NCBI GenBank assembly: GCA_030433215.1
Contig: JAUIMC010000009.1
Span: forward strand, 62,849 to 126,848
Source: Alphaproteobacteria bacterium
Lineage (GTDB): Bacteria > Pseudomonadota > Alphaproteobacteria > Caulobacterales > Parvularculaceae
Length of the DNA stretch: 64,000 bases
Reading direction: 5' to 3'
Positions 36,388 through 46,230 of this stretch are shown here, in pieces; the first letter of the stretch is position 1, and each line of letters begins with the position of its first letter. Below the pieces are notes generated by a model. That model did no database searches, had not been told where the DNA came from, and was given only the letters and a program-made list of their open reading frames with translations. Both the position numbers and the translations under genes were made by a program.

Positions 36388-37377
36388 ATGAGAAAATTCC
36401 TCAACAACCCCGCCGACGCCGTCGATGAAAGCCTGCGCGGTTTTGCGCGTTGCCATGCCGATCTCGTGGAGCTCGTGGAGCGGCCGCGTTACGTCAAACG
36501 TCAGCGCCTGACGCAAGGCAAGACGGCGATTATCTCCGGCGGCGGATCGGGTCATGACCCGCTTCACGCCGGGCTCGTAGGGCGCGGCATGCTCGACGCG
36601 GCTGTGCCGGGCGAAATTTTCTCCTCGCCGTCAGTAGAACAGATCCTGGCGGCGGCGGAAGCGGTCGGCGGCGAGGCGGGGCTTTTGTGCCTCATCAAGA
36701 ATTATTCCGGCGACATCATGAATTTCGAACTTGCGATGGAGATGTTCGACCGGCCCCATGCGAGCGTCATTATCGAAGACGATATCGGCGCGGCGGGCGG
36801 CGATGACACGGTTGGCCGGCGCGGCGTCGCCGGCACGGTCGTGGTCGAAAAGCTCGCCGGGGCCGCCGCTGAACGCGGCGAGGGGCTCGAGGCCTGCGCC
36901 GAGATCGCGCGCCGGGCTGCGGCGGCGACGCGCACTATCGGCGTGGCGCTCGGCGGCTGCCAGGTTCCGTCCGCGGACAAGGCCAACCTTGAGCTTGCGC
37001 CCGGCGAGATGGAAATCGGCATCGGCATTCATGGCGAGCCCGGGCGGCGGCGCGCGCCCATCGCGCCGGCGAATGAGATCGTCGAGGAGCTTATCGAGGC
37101 GCTCATCGCCGATTTTTCTCCGTCTCCTGACGATCCGCTGCTGCTGTTCGTCAACGGGCTCGGCGGAACCCCGCCCATGGAAACCTATATCATCTACGAT
37201 GCGGCGGCGCGCATGCTGGCGGCGCGGGGACTGACCGTCGCCCGCTCGCTCGTTGCGCCGCTGGTGACTTCGCTCGAAATGCCGGGGGCGTCGATTACGC
37301 TGACGAAGATGGAGGACGGGTTCCTCGATCTCTGGGACGATCCGGTGGTGACGCCGGGACTGAGATGGGGCGCATGA
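36388..37377 (+). CDS. dhaK: PEP-dependent dihydroxyacetone kinase subunit K
   Basis: SGGGSGHDPLHAG, GEIFSSP, KNYSGDIMNF, GRRGVAG, EIGIGIHGEPG, TSLEMPGASIT. Confidence 0.92.
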   Translation: MRKFLNNPADAVDESLRGFARCHADLVELVERPRYVKRQRLTQGKTAIISGGGSGHDPLHAGLVGRGMLDAAVPGEIFSSPSVEQILAAAEAVGGEAGLLCLIKNYSGDIMNFELAMEMFDRPHASVIIEDDIGAAGGDDTVGRRGVAGTVVVEKLAGAAAERGEGLEACAEIARRAAAATRTIGVALGGCQVPSADKANLELAPGEMEIGIGIHGEPGRRRAPIAPANEIVEELIEALIADFSPSPDDPLLLFVNGLGGTPPMETYIIYDAAARMLAARGLTVARSLVAPLVTSLEMPGASITLTKMEDGFLDLWDDPVVTPGLRWGA

Positions 37378-38027
37378 GCCTCGCGCAATCCCATAATCCC
37401 GCCGAGAATACCGGCGCCGCGCTCGAGCTGCTCGACGTGCTTTGCACTCTGTTGCTTGGCGCCGAAGACGAGCTCAACGGGCTCGACCGCGCTATCGGCG
37501 ACGGCGACCATGGCGGCAATCTCGCCCGCGCGTCGCGCAGCCTGTCAGAGCTTCGTCCCGAACTCGCTGAGCTTTCCATGGGCGAGGCCGTGACGCGCGC
37601 CGGCCGCGCGGTGGTGATGAGCGTCGGCGGCGCTTCGGGCCCGCTTTACGGAACCCTGCTGATGGAAATGGGCAAGGCGCTGCCTGACGAGCCGGGGCCT
37701 GGCGACTGGGCCGCGGCTTTTGCGGCGGGCGTCGACGGCGTCGCCCGGCGCGGCCGCTCCGCTGAGGGCGACAAGACCATGCTCGATGTGCTCGCGCCGG
37801 CGTCGCGCGCGCTTTCGGAAGAAGCGTCCGCAGATTTGCACGAAGCGCTCGCGGCGATGCGCGCGGCGGCGGAAGACGGCTTTGAAACATCGCGCGGCTT
37901 GCGCGCGAAACGCGGACGCGCCGCCTATGTGGGCGAGCGGTCCGTCGGACATGACGATCCCGGAGCGCGGTCGGCGCTGTTGTGCGTCGGTGCGGTTGCA
38001 GATTTTTTAGGGGAGAACAAGGGATGA
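37374..38027 (+). CDS. dhaL: Dihydroxyacetone kinase ADP-binding subunit L
   Basis: LDRAIGDGDHGGN, VGGASGPLYG, GDKTMLDV, RGRAAYVGERSVGHDDPGA; ATGA overlap with dhaK. Confidence 0.92.
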   Translation: MSLAQSHNPAENTGAALELLDVLCTLLLGAEDELNGLDRAIGDGDHGGNLARASRSLSELRPELAELSMGEAVTRAGRAVVMSVGGASGPLYGTLLMEMGKALPDEPGPGDWAAAFAAGVDGVARRGRSAEGDKTMLDVLAPASRALSEEASADLHEALAAMRAAAEDGFETSRGLRAKRGRAAYVGERSVGHDDPGARSALLCVGAVADFLGENKG

Positions 38028-38410
38028 GCGTGGCGCTTCTCATCGTTTCGCATTCCGCCGACGTCGCGCGCGGCACGGCGGATATGGCCCGGCAGATGGC
38101 CGGCGCCGATTTGTCCATCGCCTGGACCGGCGGCAATCCCGATGGCGGTCTCGGCACGAGCCTCGCCGCGATTACCGAACAGCTTGAAGCCGTCTGGCGG
38201 GAGGAAGGCGTCGCCATTCTGGTCGATGTCGGCGGCGCGGAGATGAATTCCGAAATGGCCATCGAACAGTTCGACAAGGCGAAAGCGAAGAAAATCCGGA
38301 TATGTCAGGCGCCGCTGGTGGAAGGCGCGATCATGGCGGCGGCGGAAGCGGCGTCCGGCGGCGGCCTCGACCAGGTGTGCCGCGCAGCAGAGGAATTTTC
38401 GCACGCGTGA
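38024..38410 (+). CDS. dhaM: DHA kinase phosphotransferase subunit (EIIA-Man-like)
   Basis: LLIVSHS (phospho-His), GG..DGGLGTS, LVDVGGA, APLVEGA. Confidence 0.9.
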   Translation: MSVALLIVSHSADVARGTADMARQMAGADLSIAWTGGNPDGGLGTSLAAITEQLEAVWREEGVAILVDVGGAEMNSEMAIEQFDKAKAKKIRICQAPLVEGAIMAAAEAASGGGLDQVCRAAEEFSHA

Positions 38411-38412
38411 CC

Positions 38413-38730
38413 ATGTCGAGTTCTCAGCCTTGCGATGCCGAATGGAGGCAAGCCACCCTGACCGTCGTCGGGGCGCATGGTCTTCATGCGCGTCCCGCGA
38501 TCCGGTTTTCCCGCGTCGCGAGGGGGTATTCCGCGCGCATTCAGATCTGCGTCGCGGACGATGCGCGCTGGGTTGACGCCAAGAGCGTGGCGAAGGTGAT
38601 GGGCCTTCAGGTCGAGTCGGGCAGGAAAATTCTATTGCGTGCGGCCGGGGACGACGCCGAGGCGGCGCTGGCGGGCCTGCGCCAACTGATCGAGACGGAC
38701 CTCGCCGGCGAAGGCGAAGATGGCGGATGA
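38413..38730 (+). CDS. ptsH: HPr phosphocarrier
   Basis: GLHARPA (phospho-His), VDAKS, LRAAGDDAEAAL. Confidence 0.9.
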   Translation: MSSSQPCDAEWRQATLTVVGAHGLHARPAIRFSRVARGYSARIQICVADDARWVDAKSVAKVMGLQVESGRKILLRAAGDDAEAALAGLRQLIETDLAGEGEDGG

Positions 38731-40274
38731 CTCGGCTCCCGGGAAAGGTCGCGTCGCAGGGCGTCGCCTCCGGAACGCTGCGGCGCGACGCTGTGGCCGC
38801 GCGGAGCGCAGGCAGGCCTGCTGACAGCGTGGCAGGCGCCGTTATCGAAGCGGCATGGCAGTTGCGCGCGCTGCAAGCCGCCGCGACTAGTCTGGGTTCG
38901 GACATTCTCGAATTTCAACTCGCCCTGCTTGAGGATGACGGGCTTGTCCTCGAAATGGTCCAGAAGGGCGCCGCGCATGGCGATGCCGCGCGCGCCATCG
39001 CCGAGGTTCTGGAAGAGCAGATCGCATCCTATCGCGCTGCGGCGGATGCGCGGTTTGCGGCGCGCGCGGCCGACCTTGAGGATCTCAAAAGCCGTCTTCT
39101 CGGCGCGCTGAAAGGCGCGGCGGCGCCGGCAAGGGCGCTCCCTGCGGGCACGATCCTCATTGCAGAAGAGATGACGCCGAGCCGCTTTCTTGAGCTCGAC
39201 CGCGCGAAAATCGCCGGAATCGTTGATCAGAAGGGCAGCGAGACGAGCCATGTCGCCTTGCTGGCGCGCGCGGAAGGCGTGCCTATGCTGGTCGCCGCCG
39301 GGCCTGTCGCGGCGGAATGGGAATCGCGTCCCGCCCTGCTCGATGCGGCGCACGGGGAGCTTGTCCTCGATCCCGATGCGGCGCTCATCCGCGATCGCGC
39401 CGGTCAGGCTTCTGCACAGGATGTTCCGTCATCGGAAGGCGAAGGACCGGCGGTTCTGTCCGATGGCGAAACGGTGCGGGTCAATCTCACCGTTAATGCG
39501 CTCGCGAGCCTAGACGAGGCACCGCCCGAATGGTTCGACGGCATCGGTCTCGTCAGGACCGAGCTCTTGATTACCGATGCGGAAGAAGTTCTGAACGCCG
39601 GGCGTCAGGCGAGCCTCTACCGGCCGCTGTTCGACTGGGCGCGGGAAAAGCCGGTGACCATCCGCCTGCTCGATGGCGGCGGCGACAAACAGGTGCCCGG
39701 CTATGCGCCGCCTCCGGGCGGCGGCGGTTTTCTCGGCGTGCGCGGCGCACGGCTTTTGATGCGGCGCGGCGATGTCCTGCGCGCGCAGCTCGCGGCGATC
39801 CTTGACGCCGCGGAAGGCCGGCCGGTGCGAATCATGGCGCCCATGATTACCTTGCCGGAGGAGATGCGGTTCTTCAGAACGGAGCTTGACCGCGCCATAG
39901 ACGCGTCCGGGGCGGACCGGGTGCAGGCGGCGCTGGGCATGATGGTGGAAACCCCCGCCGCGGCGCTCGACATCGATCGTTTCGATGCGGATTTCTTCGC
40001 TCTCGGCACGAATGATCTCGCGCAATATGTCCTGGCCGCCTCGCGCGACAGCGAGGCTTTGCCGCTTGGCGGGGAAATCCCGCCGGCGGTGCTTGAGCTT
40101 GTTCGGCGGGTCGTCGAACATGGCAGGAATAAAGGGCTTGCGGTGTCCGTTTGCGGCGATGTCGCGGCGTCTGAGGAAAGCCTTGGGCGGTTTCTCGCCT
40201 GCGGGGTGCGCTCTTTCAGCATCCCTTCGCGGTTTGCGCCCCGCTTCAAGCAGTATATCAGGACAGGGCTGTGA
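38727..40274 (+). CDS. ptsI: PTS Enzyme I (PEP-protein phosphotransferase)
   Basis: GSETSHVALLARA (phospho-His), GIGLVRTE, RLLDGGGDK, LGVRGARL, GMMVETP, GTNDLAQY, VCGD. Confidence 0.9.
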   Translation: MTRLPGKVASQGVASGTLRRDAVAARSAGRPADSVAGAVIEAAWQLRALQAAATSLGSDILEFQLALLEDDGLVLEMVQKGAAHGDAARAIAEVLEEQIASYRAAADARFAARAADLEDLKSRLLGALKGAAAPARALPAGTILIAEEMTPSRFLELDRAKIAGIVDQKGSETSHVALLARAEGVPMLVAAGPVAAEWESRPALLDAAHGELVLDPDAALIRDRAGQASAQDVPSSEGEGPAVLSDGETVRVNLTVNALASLDEAPPEWFDGIGLVRTELLITDAEEVLNAGRQASLYRPLFDWAREKPVTIRLLDGGGDKQVPGYAPPPGGGGFLGVRGARLLMRRGDVLRAQLAAILDAAEGRPVRIMAPMITLPEEMRFFRTELDRAIDASGADRVQAALGMMVETPAAALDIDRFDADFFALGTNDLAQYVLAASRDSEALPLGGEIPPAVLELVRRVVEHGRNKGLAVSVCGDVAASEESLGRFLACGVRSFSIPSRFAPRFKQYIRTGL

Positions 40275-40338
40275 CAATGAATAATCAACAAGGCGCGCAT
40301 GTGAAACGCGGTCGGGCCGGGAGACGAGGAGAGCCAGC

Positions 40339-40755
40339 TTGCAGGGCGAAGCAAAACAGGAGCTGATCCGGGCTTATAAACTGCTGCTCAGGGAAGCCTT
40401 GGAATCACGGCCTTCCGGCATTCGCTTGCGGATCGCCGACACGATCGGAAAGAACAAGAGCTTCATCTCCCAGATCACCAATCCCAAATACAAGACCCCG
40501 CTGCCCGAAAAATATGTCGAGCCGATTCTCGACGTCATCCACCTGACGCCGGCCGAGCGGGATCGTTTCCTTGACGTCTATCGCCGGGCGCATCCGCGCG
40601 CGCGCCCCCAGCCGCCGGAAAAGGCGGGGCCGGCGAGCACGCGCACCTTGCATATTGAGCTGCCTTCGCTCGGCTCCAAGGCGCTCGATCAGAAAGTCGA
40701 CGCGCTGATCACCGACCTGGCGCGCCAGCTCAACGAGCTGATCGAACAGCGCTGA
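40339..40755 (+). CDS. Uncharacterised XRE/HTH-like protein following the dha-PTS operon
   Basis: TTG start after GAGGAG; RPSGIRLRIADTIGKNKSFISQITNP resembles an XRE helix-turn-helix. Confidence 0.65.
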   Translation: MQGEAKQELIRAYKLLLREALESRPSGIRLRIADTIGKNKSFISQITNPKYKTPLPEKYVEPILDVIHLTPAERDRFLDVYRRAHPRARPQPPEKAGPASTRTLHIELPSLGSKALDQKVDALITDLARQLNELIEQR

Positions 40756-40884
40756 TTCCGCATTGCACCTAAACTTTTGGGCGCAAGGCCGGTTTACTTA
40801 AGCGTGGCCGGAAGATAAACTAAACTTACTAAACAATATAAAAGCGGCCAGCTTGAAAAAAGCAGGACCGCCGGGAGAGGAAAC

Positions 40885-41400
40885 GTGGCGAGTGAAGGTC
40901 CTGCCGGGAGCAGCGGGGCGGCGCTTTCGATTGAAGACCGCCTGCGCGCCCTCGAAGACGAACGCGAAATCCGTGAACTGATTATCCGCTATGCGCAGCA
41001 TCTCGACGCCCGCGACCATAAGGGGTATGCGGAACTTTTCGCCAGAGACGGGCGCTGGTCCGGCCGCATGGGCGACGCCGTCGGTCCTGAAGCGATTGAG
41101 AAAATGCTGGTCGAGGGCCTGGGGCCGACGCCGGAAGGTTTTCGCAACACCAAGAACTTTCATCTGATGAGCAATATCCTCATCGAGATCGACGGCGACA
41201 AGGCGAAAGCCGAATCGCGCCTGGTCTATTTCGCCCGCACGAAAGACGCGCGTCCCGGTCCCATGCTGGCTGGGCGCTATTTCGACGAGTTCGTGCGTGA
41301 AGACGGGCGGTGGCGCTTCAAGTTCAGACAGGTGCTCGGGGAAATCCCAACGCGCGAAGAAGCGCCGGTGCGCACGGCGGAGGAGGACGGACATGAGTGA
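40885..41400 (+). CDS. SnoaL_4/NTF2-like protein (short type, cytoplasmic)
   Basis: RLRALEDEREIRELIIRYAQHLD, NFHLMSN, GRYFDEFVREDGRWRF. Confidence 0.85.
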   Translation: MASEGPAGSSGAALSIEDRLRALEDEREIRELIIRYAQHLDARDHKGYAELFARDGRWSGRMGDAVGPEAIEKMLVEGLGPTPEGFRNTKNFHLMSNILIEIDGDKAKAESRLVYFARTKDARPGPMLAGRYFDEFVREDGRWRFKFRQVLGEIPTREEAPVRTAEEDGHE

Positions 41401-42049
41401 TCAGCGCCGCAAAGAGTTGCAGGAGCGGCTCGCCCGCCTGCAGGACGAAGCGCAAAGGCGGGAGGATTATCTCGCGATCATCCGCTGTCAGCGCGCCTAT
41501 GGCTTTTACATCGACAAGGGCTATTGGCGCGAGGCGTCCAATCTCTTCACGCAAGACGCCACCTATGAGCAGGGCGTCGACGGCGTTTACGAAGGGCGCG
41601 AGCGCATCCACGAATTGATCGTAAAGTTAAGCGGCGGCAATCCGGGGCCGGGCCTGCCTTTCGGCCAGCTTAACGAACATTTCCAGTTGCAGCCGGTGAT
41701 CACGATTGCGCAAGACGGCGCCAGCGCGCAAGGCCGCTGGCATGCGCTCTCCATGACCGGGCAATATGGCGAACACGCCGAATGGGGCGAGGGCGTTTAC
41801 GAAAACCGCTATCGCAAGGAAGACGGCGTCTGGAAAATTTCCGCCCTGCGGTTCTATCCCAATTTTGTCGCGCCCTATGAAGGCGGCTGGGCGTCGCTGA
41901 AACCCGTCGAGGGCGACTGGCGCAGTCCTGAGCTTGCGGACTTTCCGTCCGACAGGCCGCCGAGCGAAACCTACAAACCTTATCCCGACATCTTCACGCC
42001 GCCCTTTCATTACGTGCATCCGGTCACTGGCGAGGAGGTGAAGTCATGA
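41393..42049 (+). CDS. Long-type SnoaL_4/NTF2 protein, subtype A (cytoplasmic)
   Basis: AGGAGG RBS; YGFYIDKG, NEHFQLQP, YENRY..EDGVWKI, FVAPYEGGW, PPFHYVHPVTG. Confidence 0.85.
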   Translation: MSDQRRKELQERLARLQDEAQRREDYLAIIRCQRAYGFYIDKGYWREASNLFTQDATYEQGVDGVYEGRERIHELIVKLSGGNPGPGLPFGQLNEHFQLQPVITIAQDGASAQGRWHALSMTGQYGEHAEWGEGVYENRYRKEDGVWKISALRFYPNFVAPYEGGWASLKPVEGDWRSPELADFPSDRPPSETYKPYPDIFTPPFHYVHPVTGEEVKS

Positions 42050-43380
42050 GCGGGGAAGCAACGCTCGACGTCCTCGAAGCGCATCTCGAAGCGGCGGAAT
42101 TACGCCTGGCGCGGCTCGCCTCCCATGAAGCGGTGGAGCGCCTGCAACGCAGCTACGGTTATTATGTGGACAAGGGCTTATGGTCCGCGGCGGCCGATCT
42201 GTTCGCCGAGGACGGAACCTGGGAATGGGGACAGAGCGGCGTTTACAAAGGGCGCGAGCGCATCCGCGCGGCGCTGGCCCTGCGCGGTCCCGAAGGTCTC
42301 GCCCAGGGCGAGCTCAACACGCACTTCACCTGCCAGCCCATCGTCACGGTCGCCGAAGACAACATGACGGCGAAGGCGCGCTGGCGCGCCGACATGCAGC
42401 TTTGCAAGAACGGCAAGGGAAGCTGGGCTGAAGGCACCTTCGAAAACATGTACGTCAATGATGACGGCGTCTGGAAGATCGCGAGTCTGCATTTCTATGT
42501 CACGGTGGAATGCGACTACGATCTCGGCTGGGTCGTGGGCGACATGCCCATGGAAGGCCCGAGCGAGGAGCTTCCCCCCGACGAGCCGCCGACGGAAGTC
42601 TACCAATCGCTGCCCGAGGTGTATCTGCCGGCCTATCACTATCCCAATCCGGTGACCGGCGCGCAGCCGAAAAAGCCTGTGCTCCCTGATCTTCCCGCCG
42701 GCGATGATCTCGGCGCCGACATTTCCGCGCTCTCTGAACGCATCGAACGGCTTGAGGATACGCGCGCCTGCGAAAAGCTTCAGCGCGCCTATGGCTATTA
42801 TGTCGACAAGGCGATGTGGGACGATGTGGCCGATCTCTTCGTTGACGAGTCTACGCTGGAGATCGGCGGGCGCGGCGTCTTTCTCGGCAAGAAGCGGGTG
42901 CTCGAATATATGGGCATCGGCCTTGGCCCCACGGGGCCCCAGCGCGAACAGATCATCAATCACCAGCAGTTTCAGGGCATCGTCAGTGTCGCCGAAGACG
43001 GCAAGACGGCGCGCGGGCGCTGGCGCGCCTTCGTCATCGGCGGCAGCTCATGGGCGCCGGTGAACTGGGGCGATTGCCTTTACGAGAACCATTACAGGAA
43101 AATCGACGGCGTCTGGGTGATGGACAAACTTCATGCGCCCTTCACCATGTACACGCTCTATTCGGAAGGCTGGCATAAAACGACGACGCCCAATACGCGG
43201 CCCGAAAGCTTTCCGCCGCCGCCGGATCTGCCGCCGACGGTCATCTATCTGACCTATCCGAATTATTATTGCGAACCTTTCCACTATCCCAACCCGGTGA
43301 CGGGCAAGGACGCGCCGCCTCCCAATCCTGCGGCCGGCGGCGTCGCGAACATGGCCGACTTCGCAGACGATGAGCGCTGA
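42046..43380 (+). CDS. Tandem long-type SnoaL_4/NTF2 protein, subtypes B+C fused (cytoplasmic)
   Basis: Two repeats, each with YGYYVDK...H...Q...EN.Y...DGVW... and a HYPNPVTG tail. Confidence 0.87.
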   Translation: MSGEATLDVLEAHLEAAELRLARLASHEAVERLQRSYGYYVDKGLWSAAADLFAEDGTWEWGQSGVYKGRERIRAALALRGPEGLAQGELNTHFTCQPIVTVAEDNMTAKARWRADMQLCKNGKGSWAEGTFENMYVNDDGVWKIASLHFYVTVECDYDLGWVVGDMPMEGPSEELPPDEPPTEVYQSLPEVYLPAYHYPNPVTGAQPKKPVLPDLPAGDDLGADISALSERIERLEDTRACEKLQRAYGYYVDKAMWDDVADLFVDESTLEIGGRGVFLGKKRVLEYMGIGLGPTGPQREQIINHQQFQGIVSVAEDGKTARGRWRAFVIGGSSWAPVNWGDCLYENHYRKIDGVWVMDKLHAPFTMYTLYSEGWHKTTTPNTRPESFPPPPDLPPTVIYLTYPNYYCEPFHYPNPVTGKDAPPPNPAAGGVANMADFADDER

Positions 43381-44761
43381 CGCCACCCCCGCGCTGTCGT
43401 CGAAAACCCCGCCCGACTGGGCGGGCCATTCCGGCAATGTGGATGCGCTGATCGACACGCCGCGGCTCAGCCGTTTGCAGATCCAGCTCTTCGCGATCTG
43501 CGCCTTCGTTCTTTTCTGCGAGGGCTACGATCTTCAGGCGCTGGCGCTCGCCGTGCCGGATATTTCGAGCGAGTTCGGCATCGCGGCGAGCGATTTCAGC
43601 ATTGCGCTTTCGGCCAGTCTCTTCGGCATGGCGATCGGCGGCGCGGGGTTCGCGCCCATGGGCGACCGGGTGGGCAGGAAGCCCATGCTGATCCTGGCGA
43701 TGCTTCTCACCGGCGGGTCGACGCTGGCGGCGCTGATTTATCCGTCGGCCTGGTGGATCGCCCTGTGCCGCCTCGTCACCGGCATTGGCCTCGGCATCAC
43801 CACCGTCAACACCGCCGCCATCATGGGCGATTACGCGCCGGCCAAATGGCGCTTTTTCATCATGACCTTGCTCAACTGCTTCGTGCCGGGCGGCGCCTTT
43901 ACGGCGGCGTTCATCGCACCCGGGGTGATCGAGGAGATTTCCTGGCGGGGCATCTTCATCCTGGGCGGGGTCGTTCCCATCGGCGCCGCTGTTGTGGTCT
44001 GGCTCCTGGCGCCGGAATCCCTGAAATGGCTGGTCGCGGCCAAGCCGGGCGACAAGCGCATTGCGCGCATCGCCGGCGCTATTGCGCCGGGTCTCGATCC
44101 GGCGCGGCTGTTCCTGAAGAAAGGCGAAACGCAGGAACGCATCTCGGTGATCGGGTTGTTGTCGCGCGCCCATGCGGTCCGCACCCTCGTCATCTGGCTT
44201 GCCACGGCCAGCGGCGCCTTTTGTCTTTATCTCATGGTGAGCTGGCTGCCGACGATCTTGCGCGAGGCGCAATGGAGCACGGCCGATGCGCTGTTCGCCG
44301 CCGCGGCGGTGCAGCTCGGCGGCATCATCGGCAGTCTGATCATCGCCTGGGCCATCGACCGGAGGTTTCTGCTGGCGGGGCTTGTCGGCGGTTATGGTTG
44401 TTCCGCGCTCGCCCTCATGGGCATCGGTCTGTTGCCGGAAAGCGTGCTCGGCTGGAAAGTTCTTCTTTTCCTCACGGGCGCGGGCATTTCCGGCATTCAA
44501 GGCATCTGGATCTCCATCGCCGTGGTTCTTTATCCGCTTGAGCTGCGCGCCACGAGCGCGGGCTGGGTCGCGGCCATGAGCCGGATCGGCGCCGTCTCCG
44601 CGCCCATGGTCGGGGGCGCCGCGCTCGCCGCCAATGTCGAAGCCAGAAGCCTGTTGCTTGCGCTGGTTATCCCAATCGGCGCGTCCGTACTCGCGATCAT
44701 TTTCGCGCGCCGCCATTTCACCCCGCCGCCGCCGGTCCAGGAAGAGGGAGCGAAACCATGA
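43370..44761 (+). CDS. MFS aromatic acid:H+ symporter (AAHS; PcaK/BenK-like)
   Basis: FCEGYDLQAL, GDRVGRKP, YPLELRATSAGW...SRIGA; 12 TM helices. Confidence 0.85.
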   Translation: MSADATPALSSKTPPDWAGHSGNVDALIDTPRLSRLQIQLFAICAFVLFCEGYDLQALALAVPDISSEFGIAASDFSIALSASLFGMAIGGAGFAPMGDRVGRKPMLILAMLLTGGSTLAALIYPSAWWIALCRLVTGIGLGITTVNTAAIMGDYAPAKWRFFIMTLLNCFVPGGAFTAAFIAPGVIEEISWRGIFILGGVVPIGAAVVVWLLAPESLKWLVAAKPGDKRIARIAGAIAPGLDPARLFLKKGETQERISVIGLLSRAHAVRTLVIWLATASGAFCLYLMVSWLPTILREAQWSTADALFAAAAVQLGGIIGSLIIAWAIDRRFLLAGLVGGYGCSALALMGIGLLPESVLGWKVLLFLTGAGISGIQGIWISIAVVLYPLELRATSAGWVAAMSRIGAVSAPMVGGAALAANVEARSLLLALVIPIGASVLAIIFARRHFTPPPPVQEEGAKP

Positions 44762-45324
44762 CCGAAGCCGAACTCGAAAAACTCGCCGCCGATGTGCGCT
44801 ATCTCAAAGACCGGGCCGACATTCTCGACTGCATGAACCGCTATACGCGCGGCGCTGACCGGCTCGACATGGAATTGATGCTGAGCGCTTATCATGAGGA
44901 CGCCACCGACGATCGCGGCGCCTTTACGGGCGGGCCGCGCGAACGGGCGAAATGGCTGTTCAAGTTCCTGTCGAGCCTCGATCACGCCACCCATCACATC
45001 ACGAATTTCACCATCGATATCGACGGCGATATCGCCCATTGCGAAAGCTATGTGATTACGACGCTGATCCCCAAGGACTCGAAAGAAGCGACGCTCGGCA
45101 CGGCGCGCTATATCGACCGCATGGAGCGCCGCAACGGCGAATGGCGCATCGCTCATCGCGAGGCGGTGATGGATTTCCATATCACAGTGCCGACGTCGGA
45201 AATGCATCCGAATGTCATGACGGGCGCGCGCGACAAGACCGACCGGTCCTATGCGCGCCCGCTTACCCTGTCGCCGGAAGGCGAGGCGCGTATGCGCGCC
45301 GGCGTCAACACGCCGCGCGAGTAA
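44758..45324 (+). CDS. SnoaL_4/NTF2-like protein (short type, cytoplasmic)
   Basis: LKDRADILDCMNRYTRGADRLD, THHITN, RYIDRMERRNGEWRI. Confidence 0.85.
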   Translation: MTEAELEKLAADVRYLKDRADILDCMNRYTRGADRLDMELMLSAYHEDATDDRGAFTGGPRERAKWLFKFLSSLDHATHHITNFTIDIDGDIAHCESYVITTLIPKDSKEATLGTARYIDRMERRNGEWRIAHREAVMDFHITVPTSEMHPNVMTGARDKTDRSYARPLTLSPEGEARMRAGVNTPRE

Positions 45325-45339
45325 GAGGAGGAACGGCTC

Positions 45340-46221
45340 ATGCAGGTCAATGCAACAACGGCGAGCCTGGAGCGGGCGGCGCCGCGCTCGAAAAGGATCG
45401 AAGGCCTCGAGCCTTCTCGCCGGTCAAGCCTTGAACTCGGCGCCGCGCGGATCGAACGGGTGCGCGGGCTCGGCCGCCTCTATGAAGGCGCCGATGCTGA
45501 GTGCCGGCTTCTGTTTCAGACGGCCGGCGCCGCGGCGCTGACCTCGGACAGGGAGGCGGAGGCGTTTGACCTCGAGGCGGGTCACTGGGTGATCCAGCCC
45601 TTCTCCATGCTGAACATCGAACGCGGCCCCGGGTGCGAGCAATATGCGGTCGCATTCCCGGCCGGGATGCTCTCGCGCACGCTCATGGCCCATCTGCAAG
45701 GCGTTGCCGTTGCGCCTTTGCCCATCGGCGGCGCTGCGCAATTATGTCTGGAGCTCGGACGGTCCTGTCTTTCGCAGAACGAGCCGGTGAGCGCCGCCGT
45801 CGCCGAGACGCTGGGCGAGTCGCTGATTGAACTCGCCAAGCTCGCCATCATCGAACAGTCGGGCGTCAAGCGCGGCGAGACCATGCGCGAGACCGCGCGG
45901 GCGCGCATTCAGGGCTTCATTCACCGCAATTTGTCGGACCCCGATCTCACCATCGACCGGATCGCCAAGCGGATGCAGTGCACGAAACGCTATCTGCACA
46001 AGGTTTTCAGCAAGGAAGGCGAGACGCTGAACCAGTATATCTGGGCCAAGCGCCTCGATCTGTGCCGCGCGCGGCTGTCGCGCCCGGACCTTTCCGACAA
46101 GTCGATTACGGAAATCGCGTTTTCCTGCGGCTTCAGCAACGCTGCGCATTTCAGCCGCAGTTTCAGGGCCCGCTTTGGCGAGGCGCCGCGCGTCTATCGC
46201 CGCGCGGCCCTCGATAGCTAA
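45340..46221 (+). CDS. AraC family regulator (FeaR-like)
   Basis: NLSDPDLTIDRIAKRMQCTKRYLHKVF...SITEIAFSCGFSNAAHFSRSFRARFG. Confidence 0.9.
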   Translation: MQVNATTASLERAAPRSKRIEGLEPSRRSSLELGAARIERVRGLGRLYEGADAECRLLFQTAGAAALTSDREAEAFDLEAGHWVIQPFSMLNIERGPGCEQYAVAFPAGMLSRTLMAHLQGVAVAPLPIGGAAQLCLELGRSCLSQNEPVSAAVAETLGESLIELAKLAIIEQSGVKRGETMRETARARIQGFIHRNLSDPDLTIDRIAKRMQCTKRYLHKVFSKEGETLNQYIWAKRLDLCRARLSRPDLSDKSITEIAFSCGFSNAAHFSRSFRARFGEAPRVYRRAALDS

Positions 46222-46230
46222 CCCGTCCGC

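Noticed and set aside
35693-36391. 232-aa plus-strand ORF upstream of dhaK
   Set aside because: It is antisense to the SnoaL gene at 35762-36196, which has clear family motifs.
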